From positions 320,850,001 to 320,914,000 of the forward strand of contig OZ024743.1 of NCBI GenBank assembly GCA_964016885.1: 64,000 bases of DNA. Direction: 5' to 3'. The translations under genes and the position numbers were made by a program. Under the pieces are notes generated by a model. That model was not told the origin of the DNA. It made no database searches and saw only the letters and a program-made list of their open reading frames with translations. How positions within the stretch are numbered: the first letter of the stretch is position 1; every line of letters begins with the position of its first letter. Positions 38,116 to 51,982 of the stretch are shown here, piece by piece. The stretch is from Eledone cirrhosa. Lineage: Eukaryota.

Positions 38116-40056
38116 CTAGCTGACGTACCCAGCTTCGCCCGGGTAAAAAGATGATAAGAGAAGACAGGTAAAAGAGAAAATGACTGTATTCGATGTTTGT
38201 CTTGTTACAGTATGAGGCGAGTCCGTGGTGTCTGTGTGATACAGAAAACAGTAAAACAAATTCTTCCAGATATACCACATTCTTCGTTGTACCATTTATG
38301 CATAGTATATGAACAATTCTAGGTGCTCCCACCTAGAATAGTGGTCTCTAGGAGATGGTTCATCTTCTGCCTGACTGTAAAACGTGTATCATTGCATAGA
38401 CGTGGCTGTTCCACGTTTCTCAAAAGGATGATGAAAGTTCCAATATTTTATATTATATGTAGATATATATATATAGATAATTAATATAAAAGATGATGCT
38501 CAGCCAGTTCGTCTTCAACCATAGCAGCACGCTGTCGCTGCTTGGCTCCAATGTTTCGTTGGCGTTGTTCAGCCAGCTCCTCTTCATTCATGGTGACACG
38601 TCTTCGCCTCTGAAGTTCGGCGTTCCGATGGCGCTGTTCGGCCCGTTTTTCTTCATTCCTGGTGGCACGCCGTCGCCGCTGTAGTTCATTGTTTGATAAA
38701 GTCGAATTGCTTTTATTATCAGTATTCATTTCGACTAATTGTCAAAAAATGACACAATAATAAATATAAAAGATGTCCGTCAATGTAAAAAAAAAGGTCC
38801 CTATTTACTCCCTTCACATCTCTGTGTATGTTAGACTGACAGACAAGCACACAGACAGATGAACTGCGTGGCAATTTTGGAACGCCCCACGTACACATAC
38901 ATACACGCATGGAAACGCGCAAACGCACGCAAACTTACACACACACCCGTGCACTTACACGCTCACACATGTTGATAGTTTTTACTTTCTGTGGAACGCT
39001 GCACGAACGCACACACACATAAACATACGCGCACGTACATACCCACGCACACATGGTAATAGTTACAGCGTTCGCTTTGCCTCTCTGTTTCTTACTCCCC
39101 CTCTCCCTCCCTCATTGGCATTATGCGTATTAATTTAAGTTTGGCGTCGTTGAGGTGAGCGGAGTCGTTTGAAACCTATGAACCAATGATAATCGAGAAT
39201 TATGACACACGGAATACTGACGTTGTTCAAATTAATATATACTAGCTGACGTACCCAGCTTCGCCCGGGTAAACAGATGATAAGAGAAGACAGGTAAAAG
39301 AGAAAATGACTGTATTGGATGTTTGTCTCGTTACAGTATGAGGCGAGTCCGTGGTGTCTGTGTGATACAAAAAACAGTAAAATAATCTTCCAGGTATACC
39401 AGATTCTTCGTTGTACCATTTGTGCATAGTATATGAACAATTCTAGGTGCTCCCACCTAGAATAGTGACGTCTAGGAGATGGTTCATCTTCTGCCTGACT
39501 GTAAAACGTGTATCATTGCATAGACGTGGTTGTTCCACGTTTCACAAAAGGATGATGGAAGTTCCAATCTTTTATATTATATGTAGATATAGATAAATAA
39601 TATAAAAGATGATGCTCAGCCAGTTCGTCTTCAACCATCGCAGCACGCCGTCGCTGCTTGGATCCAGTGTTTCGTTGGAGATGTGCATGGTGGCACGTCT
39701 TCGCCTCTGAAGTTCGGCGTTCCGATGGCGCTGTTCGGCCCGTTTTTCTTCATTCCTGCACGCCGTCGTCGCTGTAGTTCACTGTTTGATAAAGTCGATT
39801 TGCTTTTACTTTCTGTGGAACGTTGCACGCACGCTCACACACATAAACATACGTGCACGTAAATACACACGCACACATGGTAATAGTTACAGCGTTCACT
39901 TTGCCTCTCTGTTTATTACTTTCCCCTCTCACTCCATAATTGGCATTATGCATATTAATTTAAGTTTGGCGTCGTTGAAGTGGGCGGAGTCGTTTGAAAC
40001 CTATGAATCAATGATAATCGAGAATTATGACACACGGAATAATGACATTGTTGAAA

Positions 40057-40065
<9 letters not shown>
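38116..40065 (-). mobile_element. Tandem dimer of an internally deleted Helitron
   Basis: 3' ends CCCGGGCGAAGCTGGGTACGTCAGCTAG|T at 38116 and 39242; Pif1-helicase remnants PRLCNDTRF.V and GTTKNVVYLE; Arg/Glu-rich RepHel-like N-terminal ORF 38481-38729. Confidence 0.8.
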
Positions 40066-40113
<48 letters not shown>

Positions 40114-40564
40114 CTGTGTGGAATGAAAGTCCAATCAAATTAGTGGAGTGGTACCAATAGACTAAACGAACCTTAAATATTATGTCACAGCATGACTGCA
40201 GCCTCCTGACTGCTACCAGCGAAGAAATACAAATATATACACTTATTTTAGATGTTGCTCAAATGTTTTTCTTTTAAACTTTCAATAAACATTTACATTT
40301 TCTAAATGTAGACATTTTGAAATATTTAAAAAGTGAAAACATCATATTTCAAATGTATTTCCTCTTAGTTTTATTCGTTTTTGTTGTTGTTGCTGTTGGT
40401 ATACTATTTAATGACACTCGTATGAAAATATATAGCTTCTCTTATGAACTTTTGTATCATAGTTGATTTAAAGTTAGTTTTTGTTTTTGAAAACTTTACC
40501 ATCGGTTACATTTCAATCATTTCAATCATATATTGATTATGTTTCTCTACTTTTATGGGGACAG

Positions 40565-40585
40565 GCAAACAACCTCCAACGAAAT
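40565..40585 (+). CDS. Host gene 21-nt microexon (KQPPTK)
   Basis: ACAG|GCAAACAACCTCCAACGAAAT|GTAAGT; phase 1-1 joins the VWA exon in frame. Confidence 0.6.
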
Positions 40586-40691
40586 GTAAGTTAACTGATT
40601 TTTTATCACTCTCTTACTCTCTCGCTTATCTATCAATCTATTCGTCTATGAATCTCTCTCTCTCTCTCTCTCTCTCTCTTCCTCCCTCTCC

Positions 40692-40724
<33 letters not shown>

Positions 40725-40771
40725 CACACATACACATATATACATATATGTCTATCTTTCTGTTTTTTTTA

Positions 40772-40807
<36 letters not shown>

Positions 40808-42647
40808 GCTCTCTCTCTCTCTCTTTCTCTCTATCTATCTATCTATCTATCTAATATCTATCTAAATATCTGTCTATCTATCTATTTATCAATTTATCAA
40901 TCCATCCAACATCCCATTCAATATTCAATCCTGGCATTGTTACTGTCAAACCACGCACATTAAAAAAAAAAAACATTTCTTTATCAACAGCCTCAATGCT
41001 GACTATAATTCCTCTCCAACTTTAGAAAGAGGATCTCAATTCGTGGCTAGGAACTTGCTGTTTTCTTTATCAAATCTGCTTCCTTATAAGGGTCATTTTA
41101 CCTGCCACATCAGTTTAATGTTTCGTCACTTTCCTTAAGATGCTATGGCAATTTCACGTTAGGCTAGCTCTCAAGTTAAAGTAATTCGAGAGTCCAGTGG
41201 GTTTTGTTTGAGATTGTGTTCTGGGTGTCGAAACCGCGGGTGTGTAGAAATGGTCGACCATTTTTTTTTTTCACTCTGTCTACAAGTTATATTTTTCACG
41301 TTCTGTATACAAGTTATATTTTAACCTCATTGACTCATTATGATGATTCGGAAGACCCATTTTTAAGTTCTCACTGAAAAGACACTGGTAGCTTGGACAT
41401 TTCTACTGCTGGATGCTACTTGCCCCTGGCCATTACTGCTGATAATGATGAAGTAGTGGGACATATTGCCTTGCTTAATTTGTGACAATTTCCGGAGCCT
41501 CAACTGATGGCAATATAGTAGCAATAAGTTATGGTTTGTTTTAATATCTATTACGCAGATGTCAGCAAAACCTCTGATGTCAAATATATCTACGTTGTTA
41601 TCAACATTCACTTCGAGAGTGCCGTTAGAGTCGACATGTCTAATAAGCTAGAATCGAAGACAGGCTGGGATAGACAATACCATGGCCAATATTTGGTAAG
41701 GCGTGTCAGAAGAAAATGATATCAACTTGTATGCCAGGAAAGGCTCAGATGCTTCAGGGTCAAAACAAAAACGGAAGTACTAGTTCATGAAGCGAAAGTT
41801 TGGTCATGAAGAACTATGAGAATAGAATAATAAAAACGGATCCTAAAACTAAATGGAGAACGTACAAGCATTACTGTTGACTCCATTACCTCTGAAGGCC
41901 CGGTTCTTCCCAATTCTGAATAGATACACGAGTATGCTCGAATTGACAACTATATCCACTGGACAGTATGACAAATCTTCATGAAACTGGACAAGAAGCA
42001 GTATAAAAATATACTAAACACGGTATATGACATCAGCTTGGCGAAAAACCTCTGGAATATGCCCATAAAAAACAGAAAATGAAATCAAGGCAAACTATCA
42101 AAATAAAATAGTCAAAGATTTAACAAACCCACACGTGCACACTAATATATATTGAAATTACTACTGACCAAAATATTGCTAGAAAAATAGTGAAACAACT
42201 GTCACTATACAACATGTAGTGTAAAAAAACCTGCTGTATAGTAAAAATAACAACAAAACATTGACGCTGTACTAGGGTGCACAGGGCAATAATCTTTCCA
42301 CAGCAAAACACTGCTAGGAACAGTTCACGCCATGGGCAAGGCATTATCAATTCGAAGCAAATTTTAATGGTTAATAATTTAGACACAGAGACACAGTTTT
42401 ATAGGTAGAATAATGCAACAAATTCGACATCAGCCATTTCGTGGTACTTTATTTATCGACCTTGAAATGTTGAACAGGAAATTTGACCTTGAGGTTATTC
42501 ACTTAAGAATATAAAGAGATTAAAAAAAGTAACGGTTTCTGATTAAGGCACAGTGCATTATCAATTTTGCCAATTGGCCGCCATCGACATCTTTCTTTTT
42601 TTTTACAATTAAACATGTTCTTGCATTTAATTTCCACTTTTATTTAG

Positions 42648-43015
42648 TGATAACGAAATAGCTGATATTATATTAGTGCTGGACGACTGAAATTATGATA
42701 AAATTAGAGAAAGGAAAGTCATTCGTAAAGACGATAGGAAACATCTTTAATATTAATCAAAACAGCGTTAGAGTCGGAGCCCTGTCATTCAGTTTCCAAA
42801 CCAAAGTGAAGTTTAACCAACATAAATATTAAGTCAATGAGATATTAGGAGGGTTATCGGTAGAATAACATACAAATTGGAAGTGCCTACACACACAAGG
42901 TTCTTGGTTACTTGAGAAAATATTTTAATCCATGATTCGTAGATATGCTAAGTGTCCTGAATATTGCAATCATTATATACAAGGGAAAATCTGAAAATGC
43001 AAGGTTTACAACCGA
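42648..43015 (+). pseudogene. Degenerate duplicate VWA exon
   Basis: ADIILVLDD*, SVRVGALSFS, GSAYTHKVLGYLR and NIAIIIYKGKSENA match the intact exon, with stops and frameshifts. Confidence 0.8.
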
Positions 43016-43315
43016 ATCGACCCCAGCAGAATTTGAAAACATAACATATAAGGCATTTTGTCCGACGTTCTACTGATGTCACCATAGCACCCATCCACAC
43101 TTACAGCAGTAATATCCCTATAATCATAATGATACTTAAGAATAATTGCTTAATAGACATTGCCGTAATCTTCTACGATAGTATGAATTACAATAAAATA
43201 TATACAATCATATATATTAATATAAAGCTACTTATAATCTTACTTTCTAAATGATGTAAACTTTACTATCGTGTTTTTTTTCATGTCTTGGCAATATTTT
43301 ATGTTTTACTTTTAG

Positions 43316-43882
43316 CTTGTAATAACGCAGTTGCTGATGTTGTGTTCGTGCTGGATGAATCCGGTAGTGTTAAACTCCACAACTTTAAAAAAATGAGGAA
43401 TTTTGTTAAAGACATAGTGAGTTCTTTTGACATCGGTCGCGACAGCATTCGTGTTGGAGTCGTAAAATTCAGTTCCAATCCCACAAATGTGTTTTACCTG
43501 AAGAAATATTATACGAAGAACGACATAATAAAAGCTATCGATAGAATACCTTACAAGAGAGGATCTACTTACACGCACAAGGTTCTTAATTACTTGAGAA
43601 CTAGTGCTTTTAAGGCAAGCAATGGAGATAGACAAAATGCCCCGAATATTGCTATCGTTATAACTGATGGAAAATCTAAAAATGCAACCTTAACAGCTGA
43701 GGCAGCAAGGAAATTACGAAAAGAGAACACGATAGTTTTTGCTATTGGAATCGGCAAAGGTATTGAAAAAGCTGAGTTAAATACGATTGGTAGCTCGCCA
43801 AGCAGGGAATATGTATTTTCAGTCGACAACTTTGATGTTCTAAAATCAATCGAAAAGGAATTGGTTGAAAAAACTTGTGGAG
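43316..43882 (+). CDS. Host gene exon: von Willebrand factor A domain
   Basis: DVVFVLDESGSV (MIDAS DxSxS), IRVGVVKFS, VITDGKS, FAIGIG; TTTTAG|...|GTATGT; 567 nt, phase 1-1. Confidence 0.95.
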
Positions 43883-44649
43883 GTATGTACGAAATTATGT
43901 ATCGATATTTTGAGCACTTACTTGAAAATCTATAAATTTTCCCTTCATATCTTTGCATAACCCGAAATTAGGATGTACAGCCGTATGAAGGATATGGGGT
44001 ACTAGAAGAGAACTTCTCATAATCCTTGAAGTATTAACATGGGTTTTAATTATGGTTAATCAATTATAGTCTTCGTTGAACTCTTAACGTATTCAATTAA
44101 TCAATGAATAAATGATGATGATATGCAAACTAAGTGGTCTTCCGATCCTGTAATTAGTTAAATGCCATACCTTTAATATTTTCTCGACTGCACAAACGAT
44201 GTTGATGGCCAGGCACCTTCAGATTAATTACAGCTTTACTTCTAGAAACAAGTGTTCCTGAAAATTGACTAAGTGTATTTTGTATTATATTTTGGCGTGT
44301 GAAATATTTCTCATACAACGTTACGAAAATATAATTTTTTAAATGCATACACACGCGTACACATACACACACACACACACACTCACACACAAACACACAT
44401 ATATATACTAATAGTAATGAGATTCACAGAAAGATGCACTAGTATATGTGTGTACGGCTCCGGCGTTGACCAGTTTTGCTCAATGACCGAAAGAGTTAAA
44501 ATAATCAATTAATCAGAGCTATTTATCAAACTAAAAATGCGAGTAAATAATAGAGAAAAATATACCTTTTTTCTTCATAGTCCAGACTGCAGTTTCGCCA
44601 AATTGCTTTGCAGTAATCATTCACTTCTATAGTGCATCTATGCAGCAAG

Positions 44650-44910
44650 AGAGGCTGAACTGTTAATTGATCACCATCTAGTTATTTGTAACTTGAGACT
44701 AACTAATGTCAAGACAGCCCACAGATCTGGCAGTTTTAAGTCGTCTACGGAATTAAGTGGGAAGCGTTGACGGATAAGAAAATAAGGAACAGTTATGCGG
44801 ATACTATTGCATAAAAATTCAGAGAACTGAGTAAAGCGATGGCGTTGAAACAGAGTAGTAAATGTTTAGCTCGGTAGTTTCTAATTCAGCTGTTAAATGT
44901 TGCGGCTGAA
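44650..44910 (+). mobile_element. Degenerate LINE APE-endonuclease/linker fragment
   Basis: DHHLVICNLRL-like translation. Confidence 0.4.
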
Positions 44911-46018
44911 ATGTTCGGCATATCATCAGCACATTGTTGTTTCATATGTCTTAGTCTTTGTGTTTTAAATATATTTGAGCCGTTTAGAGTTAAAATCCTT
45001 GTAACAGGTACTAAGACTATTACATGCAATAATATCAATACTATTATTATTAAAATGTATTATAAGGTAGGTATTGTTATATGGAGATCATCGTAGTCTT
45101 ATATTTTAGTCTTATGCTTTTCCCCGATGGCTTGCCATGGAGGAAACAGGAAAATAGTTAACTGAACTCCTTGCCCAAGTAAAACAGACGTGAACATTTC
45201 AGAATCAAGGGAAAAATTACACACGTTCGTCTAGCCTATGATAATAGCCCCCTCTACAGAAACCCGCAAATAATCAATTCAGGGACACTGTGCATGTTCA
45301 CGATAACATTTAATTTTCTTTATTGTTTTGTCAATATTTTGTTCTATGTCTCACTAGGATAATTTACATGGTTCTTCTAATCTTGGCTCAATGAACGTTT
45401 CAATATAGCTAAGCTGCAAACGAATTCTAGATTCGTTTAATTCGATCAATATGAGATATTGTATTGCTTATCGAGGTAACCTGTGTGATAGGAAGACATG
45501 AAGGTAAGGGGCTGGTGTAGTACAGTAGCAATAGTGTTTCTTTTAATAAGGTTTTTGACATAGCAGAATTTTCCCCTCTACAAATTTAAAAACAACGCTT
45601 TCTACACCCAGCGCATTATCAAGGAATCACATTTCATCGCTAAATCCGAATCCCCTCTAAATGCATCTATTTCAAACGAAATTGCAGCTGGCACACTTTA
45701 AAATTAGCACCTTGGACAAATTAAGGAAGATCTCTTTGAAACATTCACACTGCAGGTCAATTTAAGAATGACAGCATTACAGACAGAAATACCAAGATAT
45801 ATATTTTTAGAAACAATTAGTTCCTCAGTCAACTCTAAGGTCACTCATTTCATTTAAGTCAACCCCACGGACAGCTCCCATTACCCTTATTAATTGTGAT
45901 ACTATTACTACTACACCTTCCTGTCGTCCCCTTCTGCTTCATCCACCCCTTCTCCGTCTTCCCCTTCTTTACCATAGCCCTCGTATTACTACCACACATA
46001 ACCCATGACCCTCCCTCG

Positions 46019-46047
46019 TTGAGAAAGCATATATGCTGAAACCGGTA
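46019..46047 (+). ncRNA. Partial hammerhead motif, U3-A8 core, no stem I
   Basis: TTGAGAA-AGCA TATA TGCT-GAAAC CG GTA. Confidence 0.5.
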
Positions 46048-46204
46048 AAATTAAATGCGGAAATCCCTATTTTGTTAATAAATGTTTTGATGTTATTCTG
46101 AGAGAGAATCCTTTTAGTATTTTTTACTGTTCATTTCCTTTATTACTATTTTTTTATGTATATCAACTCGTGTGTCACTTCCCTACATTCCATGTATATA
46201 TGTA

Positions 46205-46685
46205 TATATATATATATGAATGTATATATAGTGTATTTTGTAATACAATGTATACTCAATTAAAATCATTTTGAAGGCCATACGCTATTGTTTTAAAATA
46301 CTGACTATGTCACTTATTTAAATTTTCCGCAAACAGGGGAGATAAACTGACAGAGCTCTGTTTCGTACTTTTTGGTACTTATCAAAGCTCACTACTCCAC
46401 CTGTTTGCTGAAAATTATGTGTTTTGGATTCTTATAGAATTCCAGTAATAATCAGGAACTGATTATACAGAGCAGTCGCCGGCCCAGCAGAAATTGAAAA
46501 TTAGAATTGGTGCTCTGAAATAGCGATATATATATGAATGTATATATAGTGTATTTTGTAATACAATGTATGCTTAATTAAAAACATTTTGAAGACCATA
46601 CGCTATTGTTTTAAAATAGTGACAATGTCACTATTTTAAAACAATAGCGTATGGTCTTCAAAATGCTTTTAATTAAGCATACATT
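46205..46685. mobile_element. Non-coding HHR element, 318-bp period partial tandem + short inverted tail
   Basis: 46217-46315 repeated at 46535-46633; about 46633-46685 inverted; HHR inside. Confidence 0.75.
46343..46391 (-). ncRNA. Type-I hammerhead ribozyme, U3-A8 core
   Basis: TGAGCT-TTGATAA-GTAC CAAAAA GTAC-GAAACAG AGCT CTGTC-AGTTTA. Confidence 0.85.
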
Positions 46686-46799
46686 TTCTAGAAATATTCG
46701 AAATATTAACATTCACTATAATATGTAATTTTGACACAACACAGCTATTGATAACTAATGATTAGATTATTTAATATCTATTTAAATATTGATTTGCAG

Positions 46800-46913
46800 T
46801 TGTTGATCCGTGTGGCAAGAAACCATGCCAAAATCGAGGTGTTTGTACCAACAACGGCAAAATTTACAGTTGCTATTTTATGGCTGTATTGTCAGGGACA
46901 GATTGTACTGTTG
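46800..46913 (+). pseudogene. Dead duplicate EGF exon
   Basis: PCGKKPCQNRGVC..YSCYFM..GTDC; donor reads ATAAGT instead of GTAAG; fifth Cys lost; flanking intron duplicated at 47657-47707. Confidence 0.8.
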
Positions 46914-47414
46914 ATAAGTAGAATATAACAATTAATTATTGACATACTTATGTCTAAGCCTTAATAAATATAATGGTTTCTGGTTTAGGTGCAAGGATTT
47001 GAACGCACACCATAAAGGGCCGTATCGCTTTGCTGCAAAGCATGGCGTCCGACCCTTTACGGATACTGCCAATCCACTGTAATGATAATGATGGTTTCTT
47101 ATATTAGATTCATTGTTATCGTGTAAATGATGACAATACGGTATGACATAGAAAGTCATCCATAAACTCGGGGTTGTATTATAATTTTCAATAACAGGAT
47201 TAGCAAAAAACATAGATTAATACATAGAATATAAATAACCACAAGAAATTATCAAATAAATCGTCAATAATCTTATAGGTGATAATAAGTACACATATCA
47301 AAAAGCCCGGATTATGATGATACATTTAATGTCTTGTCACCAGCCTATAGTTCCATTATTAGATATTGCACTACATAACAATGGGAAATAACCCATTATC
47401 CATTATCAACAACA

Positions 47415-47492
<78 letters not shown>

Positions 47493-47707
47493 GGAATTCA
47501 AGATAATCTTAAGAACTATTTAAAACTAGTTTAAACTAGTTTAAAACATTAACTTTTAATTTATTGCGATTCACTCTTCTCTTTGTTAAATTTCTTCACA
47601 AGAACGTATTTTATTTGTTTGTAAAAAATTGGATCATTTTCAGTCGATGCATTTATTGATAACTGATGATTAGAATATTTAATATCTATTTAAATATTGA
47701 TTTGCAG

Positions 47708-47818
47708 TTGAACGCTGTGACACGAAACCATGCCAAAATGGAGGAGTTTGTAAAAACAGCGGCAAAACATACTCTTGCTTATGTAAGGGTAGATTCTCTG
47801 GGAAAGATTGTTCTGTTG
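47708..47818 (+). CDS. Host gene exon: EGF-like domain
   Basis: RCDTKPCQNGGVCKNSGKTYSCLCKGRFSGKDC; TTTGCAG|...|GTAAGA; phase 1-1. Confidence 0.95.
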
Positions 47819-47956
47819 GTAAGAAGAATATAATAATTAATTATTTATTTATATATGCCTTCACCTTGATATATTGAATTGAATGCACTAAATGTTTATG
47901 TATAACGACTTTCCCTGTCAGAAATTCTCTGACAAAATAATGTATAGTTATACAGG

Positions 47957-47987
<31 letters not shown>

Positions 47988-48036
47988 TATGGAATACTGT
48001 TGGCTTTTGCTACAATGTTTTCTATACCTTTTATTT

Positions 48037-48330
<294 letters not shown>

Positions 48331-49001
48331 AAAGAAGTAAATAGATAAATAAGTAAATAAATGTTCAGGGATTGTTATCTACCCTTCAGTCTTGTATTAT
48401 CAGATAAGTAAGTTCTCTCTGTTAAAGTTCGGTTTAATGTTTAACAAGCAGTATTGCGATTCTATTCACTGACATGTGATGATGAATATGGGATTCCTCT
48501 TCTTTAAATATCAACAAAAGTGGTCATTTGTTTCTACACCTATGTTACTGGAGAGGAAACTATGATAACTAATTCCACAGTGATATTAATAGCCATAGAT
48601 ATGACATTCTACATATATATACATGCACACACGCGCTCGCGCGCGCACACACATATATATATTATTTTTATTTTGAAACGGAAGCAGATAAATCCACCAA
48701 CCTTGAGACCTACAAACACGGCCAAGTATAAATGCATAACGTATGCATGATTTTCATCGAAATATGTATATATAAACTTTTGTTAACAAAATTTTAAGTT
48801 TCAAATATCATAAAGAGACTAAAACATAAATATATATAAGAAGTGCATTTATAATTTTATCCTGATAAATCAAATTCGGCTAATGATGTCATTTGCAATA
48901 TAATTACATGTAAAGCTTTAGAAACTAAATTTATTGTCTGTAATAGAAATTGATTTTGACATAGTACTAATTTTTTTATTTTTTTATTTTTCCTTATTAA
49001 G

Positions 49002-49019
49002 CACCACCCCCACAACCAA
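49002..49019 (+). CDS. Host gene 18-nt microexon (APPPQP)
   Basis: Long poly-T tract, TAAG|CACCACCCCCACAACCAA|GTAAGT; phase 1-1. Confidence 0.7.
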
Positions 49020-49028
49020 GTAAGTAGC

Positions 49029-49113
<85 letters not shown>

Positions 49114-49274
49114 ATGTAAAAGTAAATCATTTAATGCGTGTTTATTCTACGTTCCATGTGTAAGAGCAAGCAATAGATTCTTCAGAATCTGGCATAAAGT
49201 TCTAAATTTCTTAGGGTAGATCATCTTCAAGGCGAGGTAATTTTAAAATTAGCTATAAATAAACAAATTATTTG

Positions 49275-49400
49275 ATTCAGAAAACCAGAGACCTGCCCAC
49301 TAGACCAACAGTGCAACATTCCAGTGGTGATATATCAAACAGATTGGACCTCCACTAACCAGAACCACCAAACTGAAGCCTGGTCTTATGTCTATTCAAA
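49275..49400 (+). mobile_element. Degenerate Penelope-like GIY-YIG linker fragment
   Basis: KPETCPLDQQCNIPVVIYQ resembles QQQCNIPAVIYE of the element at about 11230-11300. Confidence 0.55.
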
Positions 49401-50245
49401 AGCTGATAACTGGACCAGGAAACAACCTTCGGACATCCTGACAACAACATGCCAGTCAGCTCGCAAACCATGCATGGACCCTTAAAAATAACAGTACATC
49501 TTTTCCCATTAAATGGAGTATATTAGAAAAGTCTACCCCCTATAATAATTGGACGAAATTTTGCTGGCTTTGTAACTCGGAAAAGTGGAATATACCCCCA
49601 TAATTGGCTTCGGAGAAACACTGCTTAAATATACGCCTTCATTGCTTCAGTTGCTGTCCACTCGAAAAGAAATTCGTTCTAAGAAAATGGTATAGACGAG
49701 ACTAACTAATTTGTATTTCAAGGAATATATTTTCTTTGAATTACTAAATAATTTGACTTTCAATGAATTTGATTTCTTTCAATTACTAACTTAGAATAAA
49801 TTCCCTACATTTGGTAATATTTATATGATAGCTACCTCCTTTTAACCTATGTAATAATTTTTTTTTAATTTAAAGCTAATTTCGAAATGTCATGCCCTTG
49901 AAGACCTCCCATATACAAAACCATGGTAGTAGTCATCTTACTTTATATAACAGGGTGAATGATTTAGGGTGTATAACCCAGCAAAACTTAAGTACCTGTA
50001 TATGGCACTGTTGTAATTATATATATATACATGAATGTGTGTGTATATATATTGTTTAGTTTTTGATTTGTACTGCAACATTCATTATCTGAGAACGTGT
50101 GTTGAAACAGATTTTGTTGTAATTTGGGAGGTTCATGCAGCGTGCGTTTTTATTGGCAGCATCATGACTCTCCCACAGTATAACAATATGTATATTCTGC
50201 TATGAATATATTTCATTAATACAAAATAATTGTTTTTTTTTGTAG

Positions 50246-50496
50246 TTATTTCTGACTGTATATGTCGAGCATCAGGTGATCCACATTATAGAACATTTGA
50301 TGGCCAAACGATTCATTTCATGGGAGCATGTAAATATACACTTGCATCAACCAAAGCTGGATTTGGTCTGCCTACATTCCATGTAGATGTGAAAAACGAA
50401 TATCGTGGCAAAACGAAGAAAGTTTCCTACACTCGCTTTTTGGATATCAAATTAAATGGTGTAACTCTCCGCTTATTACCAAAACACAAGATTTCG
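50246..50496 (+). CDS. Host gene exon: VWD domain N-half
   Basis: CRASGDPHYRTFDG..FMGACKYTL; TGTAG|...|GTAAGT; phase 1-0. Confidence 0.95.
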
Positions 50497-51273
50497 GTAA
50501 GTGAAAGCTACGTAGTCAATAGTCAATTGTCAAACAGAGAAAGAATATTTGCAAGCAAGAAAACAGGTAAATGTAAACACATCGACAAGTTTGTATTGCG
50601 TAATTAACTACAACCCTCTTCGAGAGGACATATACATGCGTGACGTGACGAATTAGACATAAATGCTGAATTCCAAATGTGTTTCTGTTCCTTCCTATTT
50701 TACACCTTAACGTTTTCTAATTTCATTATTTACATATATCTTTTAAAAAAATCTTAATCGGAATAAGTCTCTATTTCCAAACTCAACATGATTGTATTTA
50801 ATTCTTGAATTGAACATTTTCTAAACATTTATATTTACTCATCAAAAAGTCTTTTATCAAAGGAGTTAGCAGCCTAATTCGTTCAAAACTTATATCGTCC
50901 CAGCCATATGATTATGATTATAGAAATTGTAAAGGGACCAAACCTCATTGATCACTCTATCCACAAACATATGAAAGGGCTACATTATTGTGACACAAAT
51001 GCATCTCGTATCTAAGGACTTAACCAGTTTGTGTGCCTTTGAAAATAATAACAGAATGGTTTGGATAGAATATACTCTATATTCATTATATTGTGTGTTC
51101 TTCGTTTTAACGTAGGGTATTGGCTTCTATATATGTGCTATATTTCTAATTATTATGCATGTTGTAAATCTGATGTGCATATGTAGATATGTGTGCAGTT
51201 AAACTGAAACGTGTTTGTGCATAGACATTTGAAACTAGCATTAATATTGTTATCTATTTTATTAATTCTTAAG

Positions 51274-51581
51274 GTTAACAATGAATTATTAGAAATGCCA
51301 TTGGAGAACTACATGGGATTCACAGTACGTTATTCTTCTGGCTGGGTTACGGCTACCACAGTGTTCGGTCTTCAAGTGAAATTTGATGGTAACCACCGTG
51401 CCATTGTCAAAGTACCAAGTCTTTACAGGGGGAAATTAACAGGAATTTGTGGAGACTGCAATGGTAAAAAAGATGACTGGCGTACAAAGACAGGAGATAA
51501 TGTATCAGGAAGAAGAAATAAATACGCTCTCATTGGTCAAAGCTATGAAGTTCCCGATGATAGTAATAAACCAATGAAATC
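51274..51581 (+). CDS. Host gene exon: VWD domain C-half
   Basis: GLQVKFDG..YRGKLTGICGDCNGKKDD; TTAAG|...|GTTAGT; phase 0-2. Confidence 0.9.
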
Positions 51582-51754
51582 GTTAGTATCATTTTATTAT
51601 ATTTTACATAGGAATCGACATTTTTGAATCTCCTCATCATGTTTCTTACAATTTGACGCTCATCTCTAAAATAAAGACCATAATTAATCATCTCTCTCTC
51701 TCTCTCTCTCTCTCCCTCTCTCCCTCTCTCCCTCTCTCTCTCTCTCTCCCTCTC

Positions 51755-51805
<51 letters not shown>

Positions 51806-51982
51806 CTTTGAAAACTCTTTTGAGGTATACAATCAGACACGAGAATCGTAACAAAAGAAACATTAAATACTAGTTCGATTTTATCGATTTTATCGTTGCG
51901 AGGTTTGTCTGCTATTACAATATATAAATCCATTTTAACTTTTCCAAAATAAAAACGTGTGGTGTTCTGCTTTATTGATATA

